Positions 36,401-49,710 of a stretch of 64,000 nucleotides of DNA are shown here, one piece after another. The DNA lies in NCBI GenBank assembly GCA_973895155.1, contig OZ316893.1:27662210-27726209 (forward strand), given 5' to 3'. The notes under the pieces were generated by a model, which searched no databases, was not told the origin of the DNA, and saw only the letters and a program-made list of their open reading frames with translations. Position numbers and translations under genes: made by a program. Every line of letters starts with the position of its first letter. Position 1 is the stretch's first letter. The DNA is from Marsupella aquatica (lineage: Eukaryota; Plantae; Marchantiophyta).

Positions 36401-39153
36401 GTGTAAATAACGTATTATTATTACTAAGTTTTCGTTGAGTAAATCTTGTGGGGACGTGTATATCTTAGTAGCAAAATGTCACAACGATTTTATTCCCGCA
36501 ATGTTTTCATTTGTCTAGGTGGAGCAATTTGCTGACACAAACAATTCAATGAAACGATATTCTAACTTCGATTTGGGCAGGCGATTGGAAGACGGTGATA
36601 TCGTAGATGTGGACGTCACCGTCTGGCTCGATGGTTATCATGGTAAAGTTTTCAAACCCAATTTTCCAGTTACTTGGAAAGAACTCCGTTGGTTTACCAC
36701 TTTCACTTTCGGTGCAGGGAGAAATGTTTGTGTACCCGTGAACGAGTTGTTTAGCAAGTGCGTAGTTACTATAGGAAGGTGCATCGAAAGAATACTCAGC
36801 AAGGCTGTAGAGACTAGTTGGTACGATAACTTTTTTCTTCAGGCAAAGCAAATGACGGTTCTTAATCTATTTCGGAGTCGAAGGTTGCTGACGCAAACCG
36901 TCTTTGGGTGGCAATTAAATGTCAGCAGCTTTTAACTAGCGTATGTGCTACATCTGGTGGTTGCGGTCTGGGCATTTACAGGTGACCTTAATGAAAGCTT
37001 TTTGGTTGGCAACGTGGATGAGGCTTCAAAACGGCTTGTGCAGGTCACCTACGAATGCTTGGACAAAGCAATTGCTATAGGTGATATTTCTTTCTTGGAT
37101 ACTGGAGTTTCTCCTGAGAGAAACTGGGTCATCTCGTTAGGTTCACTTTGTCCGTGAGGGAGGTCAGTAGACATTTATGTCGGATTGCAATGGAAGATTC
37201 AAGGCCTGTATATGTCTACAATTCGCTTCTTCTGATTCTTATAGTGAGGCATCTGTCCTTGCATTTTATTTCAGTTTGTTTTAGGCTAGCCTTTGTTAAT
37301 GTCCAGATCTGTCTTTCTCTCAATTTTCTCGTAGTGAGGCGCTGGTCCTATTTATGGTCCTTGCATTTTATTTTCAGTTTTCTCTTGTGGTATCATGGGA
37401 AAGTAGGCAGCTGAAGACTAGATGCCATCATCTTCCTGTCGAACATATAAAGAGACTGTCATCATATAACGTCGTCGATCGTCAATTTGCAGTCAAGCCA
37501 GGAGTCAGATATCGAGAGATTGGAGAGGTTATCGGTCGCCATGCATCCCTTAATGGGTTTTCAGTGGTAAACCCATATGACCACTCGAATAGGCTTGGTA
37601 CAGATATAAACGATTTAGCCTCTTGAGGGCTTTTGTTAGTTCATTGGACAAATTTCTCTTAACTAGGGTTCTGTGTGGACGGCTGGTCTCAAATACTTCT
37701 ATCGATTATTTGATTATTTGATGGCGCTTGGCTTGAAAGAAAATATATTTAAAATTCTAAAACTTGGCTGATGACTTGATGGAGGAGCTGCTGCGCTTAG
37801 GAGCTCATGGGTTCAAGCTTTATGTAACGTTTTTAGTTACTCTTCTTTCCCATGGATAGGAGATGGAAAGGTTTTCTGCTCATAACTTCGATATCGATGC
37901 ACTTTTTGCTTGTCAAGCATTATCATTAATTACTCTCCATTCTGCCGTTGGAACAGGTGAAATCCTACTGTGGGCATGGCATTGGCGAACTGTTCCATTG
38001 TGCCCCAAACATTCCACATTATGCACGTATCCATCGCTGGGTTGAGTCTATAATGAGCCATTGCAGCTGTGTAGATTTGATGAATGGAATTACTTCGATT
38101 AGTGGCTGGTTTCATACTTGACCCCTCCCACTGAATTAGTTTTCCGGCATGGACGTACTTTATCAGACGTTATAAAAACTCTCTCACGAAGGTGCCACTT
38201 GTTATCTGTAGCAGATGTTAAGATTTATGGCAAGACGAAATGAATTTGCTTGGAGGTATATATATTTGCAGATGCTGAGCTTTTGACATTCAGTAAGTTG
38301 GTCAAGCTTTGGTTGCTATTCTTAACCGATTATCAGGGAACAGAGCTGTTGGAATGATGAAGGCAGGCCAAACTTTCACCATTGAACCCATGATCAATGC
38401 AGGTGAGTTTCAGTCTTTTCTTCTTCGCATTGTAGTACGTGGCTGTCCTATTCTGTCTGGAAAGACCGCAAGCTGTCTTATGTTTAGAGACTTGTCGTTG
38501 TTTTAAAACTCATCTGCTATATGAATAACGAACAGTTTATCTACGTTTCGTGGAAAGTGTGGAAGGAAAAACTTGTTTATGATGTGACACGTAGATGTTG
38601 ATTTGTGTCTAATCATTAGTTCACAATGCTCCTGCTTAAGTTATTCATTTGACCAAACAAACTTTGTTGTAAAATATGTAGATGGGATGTAAGGTCCCTA
38701 TGAAGATGTTGATCCTTTGGCTTGTTATCTTTTTACAACCCTGTTCTGAAAGATGTGTCAATTGTTCGAAACAGGAGTATGGCAGGACAAAATGTGGCCT
38801 GATGGTTGGACTTCAGTAACAGCTGATGGGAAGAGGAGTGCCCAATTTGAGCACACACTGCTGGTAAGTCAGTTTAGAGCTCTTGGGCATACGACTAGAA
38901 TATCTGTCCTGGATTGTTTATGCCATGGGATTGAATGCGTCCTTGGGGATCCCGTTGGGCATGGGACCAGCATGTCGCCATAGTTGTAGGAAACATCTCT
39001 TCACATTCTAAAACTTTGCACTTCAGGTCCTTCGTCGTGCTTTATCCTGTTCTAATGCCTAAGACTTGTTGTCCTTAGGTGACGGACACAGGTTGTGAAG
39101 TGTTGACTGCTCGACTGCCTACCTCACCAGATGTCTTTCCTTGGCTCCGGTGA
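33498..39153 (+). CDS. MAP1A: Methionine aminopeptidase 1A (cytosolic type I MetAP with N-terminal zinc finger), multi-exon
   Basis: ATG 33498, TGA 39151-39153. Exon peptides: [11 protein letters not shown] / CPKCLELKL…FC / [16 protein letters not shown] (zinc finger); PLRPYPIS; [14 protein letters not shown]; PGVTTDEID; [16 protein letters not shown] / [12 protein letters not shown]; [10 protein letters not shown]…YHGDLNE; [19 protein letters not shown]; FTIEPMIN; SAQFEHTLL; [13 protein letters not shown]. Confidence 0.95.
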
Positions 39154-42100
39154 TAGCTTTTCAGCATCCGATTTGTTCCTTTCACTTTGGTGTGGTGATG
39201 AAGGCGTTTCCAATCAATTTAGTTTTGTTGGCAGAGGCATTATTGAGTGCATGTAGGTTCACACTGGCTTTGTTTTCTGTAGGGGATGCCATGCATTTTG
39301 TTAAGAACATTGCACGCATCTTAGGGACTAGGAAAATAGTTAGGGAATTCCTTAATACAGCATGTGTACAGAGAATTTGTTTGCTATGAATGAGCAACTT
39401 TTCGACAACCCTACCCATGGCAGGCTTTCCAAATGGCTGGCGTGATCTCTATTTTGTGGAGAGAAAGTTCTGTAGAGATTGCTAATTTGTACTGTTCATG
39501 GCTCGGAGAACCTTTCCCATTCAGTTGAAAATTGACCATCCATTATTTCCAGAAATTTGCAAAAGAAGAGTAAAAACCAGTCACTACAAGAGATAGATCA
39601 CCATGCATTTGTTATGGTTAATCACGGGAATTCAGGCTGAACCACAAAGCTGATGGCGAAGACCCTGACCTATTAAAAAGTTCGGTGGCCATGCTCAAGG
39701 TTATTTGCTTCCTACACTTTTCCACATGCATGACACGCAGGTAATTCACCAAGGAGTTCTAAAACTGATAGGTAGGAAAGAGGCGGATTTCAATCCGATT
39801 AGTCCAAGTCACCTGTTGTCTGTAAGAGACCAACAAATCTGGTTCAAAACAGATGGAGACATGGCCAGGGCATGAATTACTCTGCAAATAGCCTGAGTCC
39901 CAGCGACAGATCGACCCTGAGGAAAATCGAAGGACGTGCGCTGACACCCTTGCAATGACTTCAGAGTCATGGTATTATTCAAAGACTATATTTCACGAAC
40001 TTCACTACGAGAGCGAGCCTATTGGTAATGCTCGCTGGAGACTTTCTTAAAATGGACCAAGGCAACCACATCTCCTCGCCCCTTAATTCAATAGTCAATC
40101 AATTACCATCGCATGACCGTCATCCTCCACCACAGGCCATAGTTACAAACTGAGCGTCATTAAAGGAAGGAACGAGAACACTCGTAACCTCGACTTAATC
40201 AGTCGGTGCACGTGAGATATTCTTGGAGGCCACCATCTTGACCTGAAGGTTGGTGAAAGGAGCTCTAGACTTATGGAGCGCCTCAAAGGCAACAATATTC
40301 AACTACACAGCTTTGCTCCTCAGCGCCTATGCTCCTTGCAGGAGAGATAGAAGGATATGGCAACAATATTCAACTTCCAAGCAACAGTAGATCAAATTGT
40401 AGCGAAGTGTTAAATTTACCCCATACTTCCAAACATTCGCACCAATTTTGTAAATACACAACCCTGACCTGCTTGAGTCAATATTGTCTCTTCCTAGTTC
40501 CGAAAGTTTTCTATCAACAAAATTGACTTTCAATTTCTCCCTTGACATGCGGTAAAATTGTTTGTTCATGGGTTCGTTTCAATCTTTGACATTCAATTTC
40601 TCCCTTGATATGGACCAGAATTGATTCTTGAGATCATTAGACAAATGTTCCCAAACTCTAACATCACCAAGTCTCAGTAAGAATTGAGAGACTCGTAAAT
40701 TTGCAAACATTACCCCATCCCTCAGGATCTGTCCCTCAGTATACACTTTTCCTGCTTTCGAAAGTTTTCAATTAACAACTGGGCTGATAAAAGGTGGATA
40801 TAATGGAGTCCCCCCCCCCCCCCCCAAAAAAAATAAAACCAAAAATAAAACCAAAAATAAAAAATAAAAAATGAAAGAAAGAAAGATTACAAGTGTACAC
40901 AACGGCAGGTCACAACATGGCATGTTACAGTTACCTGGTTTCCAACAATTTCATGATTTAACTTGACATTTGGGGCAATCAAGGAACTAAATACACCCCA
41001 AAGAGGGGACCATTGCATCTCCAGTCCGATCAGCTGCAAAATTGGAAATTCAGGGATAGTTGTCCTTTTCTCCCCCAGATATTAACACCTTCCAAGAAAC
41101 TACTTTGCCCATGATATGCATCATTCATTTCCATTTATCTCATATACCAACTCCCCAGTCAACACCTAAACCTTCCGTGTATTATAGTATTAATAATAAC
41201 TTGAAGTTGAAGCTTGACAGGACCAATGCTAAAACCACCCCAAATTTATGAAACCGCCCAAAAGTTTGTGTTTCCAAAACAGCCAAAATTGGCTATAGTG
41301 TAAAAACTTGAACATATTTGTCTCTGGCTTAGTTCACACACTTGAAACCTGGGGAGTTGCCGCTCTGAGGAATCTTCATGTTCTGTTGCATTTGCCTAAA
41401 TGCTCGAATGGAGTTTTGCACTTGAGATGGACTGCAGTGAAACCCTCTTCTTGCCCAGACGATACACATTACACGGGAGGGTGGAATGTGAATAAAACAA
41501 GATGATATATTTGGAAATTCATAGCCTGAATTCTCAATGAAAGTAAGAGATTTGTTGAAAAGTTCTTTCCAAGCCCCTTAAAATGAACGCAAGAACAGAA
41601 AATTGTGCTGCCTATCAAGGGAGAAATTGAAAGTCCAAAGTTGCTGATCAGAATCTTTAGAAGCTGAAAAAATTTACAATGAATGATGGAGTAGTCTTGG
41701 AAAATTCACAACTGTCTTAATTCAAATTGAAACTTGGTGACAGTAAGGCTGTGGGAAACTTTAAGATCTTCCTACTTTTTCTACCAAGCTAGGAACAACC
41801 AATTGTGTTACATATCAAGGAAGAAATTTCAAGTTGATAGAAGAGTATGGTTTGTTCTTTATGATTATTAAAATGATGATATTTTTTATTATTTCATTAA
41901 TCTTCAAAGAATGTGAATAAGGAGTATTTTTGGTGACATTTTTATTGTCCTCCCCATTATTTATGTTCAAAGAACGGGTAGTTAGGGCTAGTCTACAACT
42001 ATAATAAGGGATATCGTATTTTTTTGTCTTTTATACCAATACAAAAGAGCTCCTGGATGGGAAAGATTCACAGCCATTGGATTCGATTAGTTATTTTCTC

Positions 42101-45100
42101 TAACCATTGAAAAGTAAATGTGCATCCCTGATAAATTATCTCATTATAAAGAAACAACATATCAATTTAACTTAGTGTATACATTCTAGTCCTAAAAATA
42201 GTCATAATTTTGTCTAATAAATTTGTTCTCTTATTACACTAAGGTTTGAGTAGTCTCGGAAAGTACACATAACCAACCTTTTGTGTGTGCGAGCTTATCT
42301 TTGGTCTAACCTTAGTAGTAGGGAACATAATGGTTTTCGAGTGCTGGCTGTGGAGTCCTGTAACGGCCGTCGCCGTCGCCGTCATGATGTTGAACTCCAG
42401 TCGAATTCAAATAAATGATTATTTATTAGGCGCTCCCGAGGCCCGAGGATTTGATCGGTACAGTCCCGTTAAGCGATTCTGTCGTCATCGCGATCGTCCC
42501 CTGAAGGGAATCAAAGCAATCCGGCCCTAAACGTAGACATACAATTACCTGTAATATTCGTAACCCGGCCCACCTGAGTCGACCCGGGAACCCTGCAACG
42601 GACCTGATCTTCTCTCCCGGGCAAGAGCCACGAAATGACGGGATTCAAATGAATGCTTTTTCACCGGACACTGACGATGGTCAGAGTAGTACTGTAGTAG
42701 CTGACCTGTAACCCAACCTGTCAAGATCTGCAGAGGCTGCCACCTGACTCGACCAAGCCTTGTATCATATTTATTTTTATTCCACCGCACAGTTTTACTA
42801 TATGGGTCGTAACGAAGTGCACCATGCACAAAGTGCAAGGCTAGTCTTCCTTCCTAAAATTTGGGCGTTCTCTTAAAATGCATATGAGATAAAGTGCCAT
42901 TATTTTGGTCGAATTACATATTTTCCATTCTTTTTAATTTAATCCTTCACAGCTGGCTAAGCCAAATAACTTTGGCCAGTTTGGAATGATCCCACGGTGA
43001 TCATCTTGCAAGTTTTTCATCATTGGACAGTCATGAGTGTTCTTAAGTTGACGTTATCACCCTGTCTCACCCTTGACCAGGGGGCAAAGGAGTGGGGTCT
43101 CGGTAACTGCACATAAAAATATGATATATATGATATACGACACCCCTCATACCATGATAACCCTAGGTTTTTTCTTTCAATCAATGAATGCAGCCACATT
43201 TTGATATGTGATTACCAGCAGGGAGAGGAGTGGGTCCACAAACCAGGAGGGGGCGGAGCAGGTGCACAGTAAAAGACCCAACCCAATGTTAAGGGTTGAA
43301 AAGGGTGTTGTTGTCAGATGACATGCCCAACCTTCCAATGGCAGGATGTTAACCGCCAAATTGTTTTGAGCTAACTCAAGCTAATTTGCTTTACCAGCAG
43401 TGGAAAATATTACAATGTCAGAAACAATCCCACAAAATATCTGGTTAGATACAAAAGAGTGACAATGTACTAATATATATGCAAAATAAAATATAGGTTT
43501 TGAAGGTGCCCATAGAATCGATAAATACTTGCAATTGCTCACATTGCAAGTGTGATAAGAGACCTTTATTGATAAATGCATGACATTTTGCTTCCCGCCA
43601 CCCCTCTCCCATCTCTCTTAAGTTGTTTCTTGCATGTTATTCTCCTCTCCCCATTCTTGTGTAGTGCCCTCCCATCCATTCTAGCAGACCATTCCTGGGA
43701 AACTCACTTATGTGCTGCCTCACTTCTAAGAAGTTGTATGTGGTCCATTTTCATTGAAGTGTTGCTAGGAAGGACAGGAATAGGCTCAAAAAGATTCGAA
43801 GTGCCAAATCTTTCTTGTGCAACAGGGCTTTGGTGAACTCCAATTTGAAGTGGACGTTTGTCCAAAGCTACCGCATTAGGTATATGATCTTGTGACAACA
43901 CCCAACAACGCTATGTTTTGTTACCAGTAGTATAAGTATACTAGTCTGGACAACCAAAGGCACACGCATTTTGTTATTCTCTAGATATTTAGATGTAGTG
44001 AAGACAACTTACCACATTCATGATTTCACGTTCTGCAAGGGGCAGGGTCGGATCAGGGCATTTTATGGGCAGCATTTGGTGGCAGGGCCCTTTCTCTATC
44101 ACTAAATAATGCAGTTACTTTCCAAGAATGCTCTACCAGAATTCCCATTGTACCATTGATTAAGGACAAGAGATATGTAATTAAAGAGGTTGCTTCTTGC
44201 CAATCCTTGACCCTAGTGGTATTGGGTTACATACTAGTCAAGCAGAGCTCCACAAATCAGCCACACCCTGGGTGAGTGGTAGACCAGGTGAGTGGGGCTG
44301 ATTGGGTATTGAGCTTGAATCCTGCTAGCGGCAGTTTGAACCTTGTTTAGACACATCCCGCAAAGGTTTGCAACTAGTTACACTTGGAAATAATTGGAAA
44401 GAGCGGGGTGCAGACAAAGGGCAATCCAAGAGTGCAGCAAATATAAAGCGTGTGTAGTTAGGTACAAGACTCAAACTGAAGTTCAAGGTTGCCTTCTGTC
44501 CTAAATGTACTATATGTTGTACTATTGGGGAGGGTGCAGGGTAACTATTGTAGTATCGTCCCCAAGTTTCTCTCTCAACTCCTCACGTGCAGGGAAGGAG
44601 AAGCTCATGCATGCCCACCCCACGTTGCCTGCATCTTTGGATAGCCCTATGCTTGCGCTGCCTCATGCCTACATGGCCTGCATTTGTACATTGCCCACAC
44701 ACTGAGCTAGTATTTAGTAACAAGACTAACAAGAGCAAAAACATGTGGGATCATATATGAGAGTAGTTAGATCGAAGTCAGATATTATCTCACACTGATC
44801 CATGAATTGTTGAGGTCCCAGCATCCTCTCAAGTAGAGATTAAACTATGGATACTTAGAGAGTGCAAAGTCTTTGTGCTTGCACTTATAGCAAGTACTTA
44901 GTGGACCGGTGCAAAGTGAATTGTGCCTTCATTTATAGCATCATTCACATTGGATGGAAACTCTATGATCAATCTGATCATTTGCCTATTTAAGATGACA
45001 ATCATTTATAGGCCTTGACCCCCTTGTTCTTGATCATGGGCTTGGACAAAAAAGCCAACATGTGGAAAATATTGGGGATGCTTTTTGGTATCATCGGGCT

Positions 45101-45515
45101 TAGAGCATTAGCATTATTTAGTACTTCACAAAGGGCCCTGCACTAGTATTAGAGTCATTTAGAGCCTCTACATGGGTGCCTTGGGTTAAGACAGGTGCCT
45201 ACAACACATCACTTTTGGGATGTGAGAACTAAGGCTTTTGGGCTTGTACCCGTACCCTAGATCCCCAAATGCTTTCCCCATTGCAGGATCATTGGAAATC
45301 CAGACTTGGAATTTGGCCACATATTCCAAACAGCCTCAAGGGTTTCACTTCCATAGAATTGACACATCAGGTGCAACAAAGAATATGGTAATTTTATTGG
45401 TTTTAGGGGAACTTGGAAATTTTTGTGGAAAAATTTTAGGGTCTTGTAAGAACATTAGGGTATTTTTAATCAAAATTTTGGAATATTTCAACTTTATGGG
45501 GTGTTACAAATACAG

Positions 45516-45840
45516 ATTTTTACTAACCTGTCCCCTAAACTACCCAATATTATTAGCATGTCCCCCACACAAAATTAATTATCAACCTATCCTCTGTTTT
45601 GTATTTGGGTTAAAGTTAACTCGTATATGGGTTCCCATAGCCAAGTGAGGCCAAGGAAGGGGGTCCAAGGGGAGTCGCGATGGGCTCAAGCTATCAAGTA
45701 GCAATTTTCCACATGGCAATGGGAACCCTTATACAAGTTAATTTTAACACAAATACGAAATGGGGTACATGTTGATAATTAATTTTTTGGGGGGGGTAGG
45801 TTAGCAATATTGGCTAATTTGGGGGACAGGTTAGTAAAAT
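45516..45840. mobile_element. Foldback or MITE-like insert with ~130-bp imperfect inverted arms
   Basis: The left arm (ttttactaacctgtcccc…tatatgggttcccatagccaagtg, 45516-45648) pairs with the right arm (cacatggcaatgggaacccttatac…ggggacaggttagtaaaat, 45710-45840). Confidence 0.85.
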
Positions 45841-46974
45841 GTTGTTTACATTTTTTATTTTTTTACATTTTAGGGGGTGTAGGGCTTAAAAATGTCACAG
45901 GTGATGGGGGGCCTCTATGCAGTGAGACCCCCAAGCAAGCAGCAAAAACTTTTCCTTTGCCTGGCTAACCAATCTACGCCCTTGTCCATTGTTGGTGTCA
46001 CACACAAGGTCACACACTTCGTTTGAGGAACACGTGCATTTCTCCACTCTGCAGTGTTCTCACCTTCAATCAACTCGTCATCCACCTTTTCATTGCATAC
46101 AATCTCCATACAAAGTCTGCAATCTCCATTGTTTTCAAGCACGGATGCACACTGGGGGAAGAATTAGTGCGCCAGAGTTAATTGTGCTATAGCTTTTAGA
46201 GATATTGCAAGATCATGTATTGGGTAAGGGCAAAAGAAGAATAGCTTGTGGGAGTGCGTTGTACAATATTGTAAGGAAAGCAAGCTAGGAGGTACCAAAC
46301 TCAGAGGTACCAAGCTCAAAACAACCAAGTCTCTCGAAGGAAGTTGGGTGAGATACATAAGCCTCTAGATTTATTTGATGTCACAATATAGAAGCTCTCG
46401 ATAAGCAGCAATGCTCAGGACACAATAGATAAGGCTAGAAAGCTCTACAAGCAACGTCACCCCAAAGGCAATAAATTATTAGTTTGCTGGCACATTTTGA
46501 AAGATTGTCCAAGGTGGGAAATGCTGCAAGATGCCAGGACCCAAATCAATTTGATGGTGAGTAGTCAGACATGGAGAATTTCCCTCGGCTTTCCAATGGC
46601 AACATTGATTATGATATTGACAAGGAGCCCCACCACAATGGCAGTGCAATGGGAGCATCAACAAAAAGATCCCCTCACAACAGAGCTGTCAATATATTGT
46701 CTTAATGTTGTCTGAATTTTATCAATGTCTACAAGCACCACAATAGTGCCAAAATTTCAGATTACCATCAATTTCAAATATGGAATGTCCGTAAGCAATG
46801 TTGCATCATAATCTAAAAACATTGGAGCTATTGGAGTAGCTTTCTATCTGTAGCTCTACTTGTAAATGTTGTTCTCACTCCACATATATTTCACATTAAT
46901 TCAAAGTGTCTATCACTCAAGTGCTAAATTTTCATATGTTTAATCCAATCTGCCATTTTCTTCTCATCCTTATG

Positions 46975-47620
46975 CTTCCATAGGCGCTCAATGAGATCAT
47001 TTTGAAAATTGAAGTGTCAAAAGTGACTTTCTAGCTGGGCGGTGGCAGCCAAGGAGTCATTCCATGACATGTTTTCCCCAAGCACTGGCAATAACTGACC
47101 ACCTCAACAATCATTGTATGAATCACAATAGATGCAATTGATCAAATCATTGTCACTTTTTTGGGGTGCCAAGATCTTGCAAACTGGTTCCTAATCTTGC
47201 CTGAAAACTCCAATAGCTCGTTCAACATCCTTTCTAGCACCTTCTTGGCAATTTTCAAATCAGCAATTCTCAGTTTGGGACTCGGCATCCTTTCTAGCAC
47301 CTTCTGGACAATTCAAACAATCATTTCTTCTCAATCTGGGACCTGTGAATGGTGGTCACAAGACAACTTTGCTTTGAATAAATGCCATCAACAAGTCAAT
47401 GAGCTTTGACAATATACTTCACCTGATCATAGTTGTCATGCAACATGTCATTTACTAGTGGAGATTGATTTAGAACATTCAGATCATTGTTCCCACCAAG
47501 CAGCCCAAAAAATTGTATGCCAAATTCACAACTATTGGTCCCCAATAGCCTCTAGCAATATTGACTTCAAACAGTCTTTGTTCGATCAATTGTCCTTGAA
47601 AGGCCACAAGACAATTCTTC
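46975..47620 (-). pseudogene. PIF/Harbinger transposase relic
   Basis: Minus-strand peptides ILLEAIGD…IWH, GNNDLNVLNQSPL, VDGIY, QEGARKDVERAIGV, IVIHTMIVE and FQNDLIERLW match the conserved plant Harbinger transposase blocks. Multiple stops, plus an internal ~60-bp duplication at ~47226/47286. Confidence 0.85.
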
Positions 47621-48012
47621 CCCTCAAAGTGCCATGCCCTTATTACCATGCCCTAATGACATCAAGATAAATACCAAGAATGAGACCATTATTTTGTCCA
47701 GGTGGCTGTGGGTACATTGGGTTTAGACTGCCTGTCTAGGGAGGTTGAGATGCAGAGTGTGAAATCCCCTGGAAACCCAATGTTTTTTTTGTCACAAATC
47801 CCACCACCCAAAAGTGAGCTTCAAACAAAGCTGTTCACACTTAAGACAAAAAACCATAATCCCGTATGTTTCCTTTTAGCTGGCAACAAAAGGGCAGCAA
47901 ACAGTCCAAAATTCCATAAATGACTTTCCAGCGCAAGGGGCCAAGGGACATGAACCACTCCGGTAACCAGTGTGGGGCTTTATTATTAACTCCACCACCG
48001 AGCTGACCCAAC

Positions 48013-48063
48013 CTCCCCTCGACCCCTCCCCCTCCCCTCTCCTCCCCTCACCTCACCTCACCT
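48013..48063 (+). promoter_or_regulatory. Pyrimidine-rich tract in the probable KCBP promoter/TSS region
   Basis: ctcccctcgacccctccccctcccctctcctcccctcacctcacctcacc, followed by CpG-rich sequence. Position suggests a promoter role. Confidence 0.35.
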
Positions 48064-49710
48064 GACGGGGCGGGACCCGGCATGGCGATGTTTTTGAAAC
48101 CAAATCCGACCCGGGCCACGGTGAGCTGATCTGTTACCGCGCATGTCACTGCTCGCTCGTTGTCGCTCTTCTCGCGTGGTGGCTGCCTCGCCCGTCCATC
48201 TCTCGTGCATTTCTTTCGCGCCTGCATTGAATCGTGGCGGACGAGAGGCGGAGTCACAGTGGTTCATACGGAGGGAGGAAGCGAGGGAAAGAAAGGACGC
48301 CTCCACACGCATAAGCATTCATTCGTTCATTCATTCATTCTCAGTTTCTCACAGTCGCAGTGGCCAGCACTGAGTGACCGTGTTGTTGTTCGTCTACCAT
48401 TGCACAATCCCACAAATCCCATTCCTCGGCATCCCACTCTTTGGGTGTGACCGAGAGTGCGTCGGACGTCGGAAGTCGGAACAGGAAATTTCATTAGGCG
48501 CGGCAGGAAGCAACGATCGGATTGTCGGCCAACCAGCCAGGCGGGGAGTGGAGAGGAAGGTAGGAGAGAAGAATCGTTGTTGCACTTTGTCGTTTTCGTT
48601 TAGGATTGTGTACTGTAGTAGTCGATTTTACGAGGTTTCTGCTGACAATGTGTGAATGTACGGGACAGGAAGGACGGGAATGTGGTCGAATGACTGACGG
48701 AGGGATGAGATGGAAGTCTGATGCACGAGAATGAGGAGGGCGAGATTTTGTGAGGGAGGAGGAGGTTGCTGATTCGGTTGGATCTCGTTGTGTTTGAGAT
48801 CATCTATCACTGGCGCGGGAGTACATTACCGGACAGGGCACGGCAGGGCAGGGCAATACAGGGCTATGAAGATAGGTGTGACTCTTTTTGCTGTTCAGCA
48901 ACGGAGGCAGGCAGGCAGGCAGCGAGGAAGGAGGATAGTTCTTTCATTGTAGATAACGAGCATTGCTCTCACGATCGTGTTAAAATTTTGCGGGAGTTAC
49001 AGATTTTTACGGCTTATTGTGTTGCACTGTATATACCATCCGAGTTTTTCGAGTACTTGGACGCTTTGGGATCAGCAGCGCATTGGTGCCAGGGGTTTGC
49101 TCAACTGTCGGGTGTGCGAGCGGGCTCGGTGGCTTATCCTTAGGGTGTCGTCTTGATCTTCGCAACGCGCCTGTCATCGAGTTTTGCGTACCAACTGGTC
49201 TCGTCTAAGAGCAGTGCTCGAGTGCACTTCTCGTCCGGAAATCGCCAATTGTGCATCTTATTACTCCTCACAAGAAGTTTTTTATGGAAAGCGTGGAGCC
49301 CGGACTACCATTCTCAATCGAAGTTTCCGCAACCGCATGAATCCGTTCTTTTGGATCATTGGAGATTTCGGCTCGGTTCTTGTCGTCTATTGGCGGTCAC
49401 CATGGTATTGGCAGACGCGTGCATCGAGTGTCTCTCAAGGTCTCGACCGCGCTTGTTTTGCGATCGATAGCGGTAAAGCGCTCGGTTCTTACGCACATTG
49501 ACCGTGGTGGAAAAACTACTCGGCTGTAGCGACACATCTTTCACGCATTTCGATGTGGGGATAGGATCGCAAGGCGCGAATCGCAGATTGGTTTGGATTG
49601 CTTGGAGGAAGAAGATTGGCAGTTTTGGAATGGGGCGTTACCTGAGGATTTGATTGAGAAGTTCCCTGCTTCGTTCGCGCCCTTAGCAACTTGCGGCTGG
49701 AAATCGAATA

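Noticed and set aside
39600-45400. Protein-coding genes in the MAP1A-KCBP intergenic region
   Set aside because: Only short ORFs with no recognisable motifs; most likely old TE debris.
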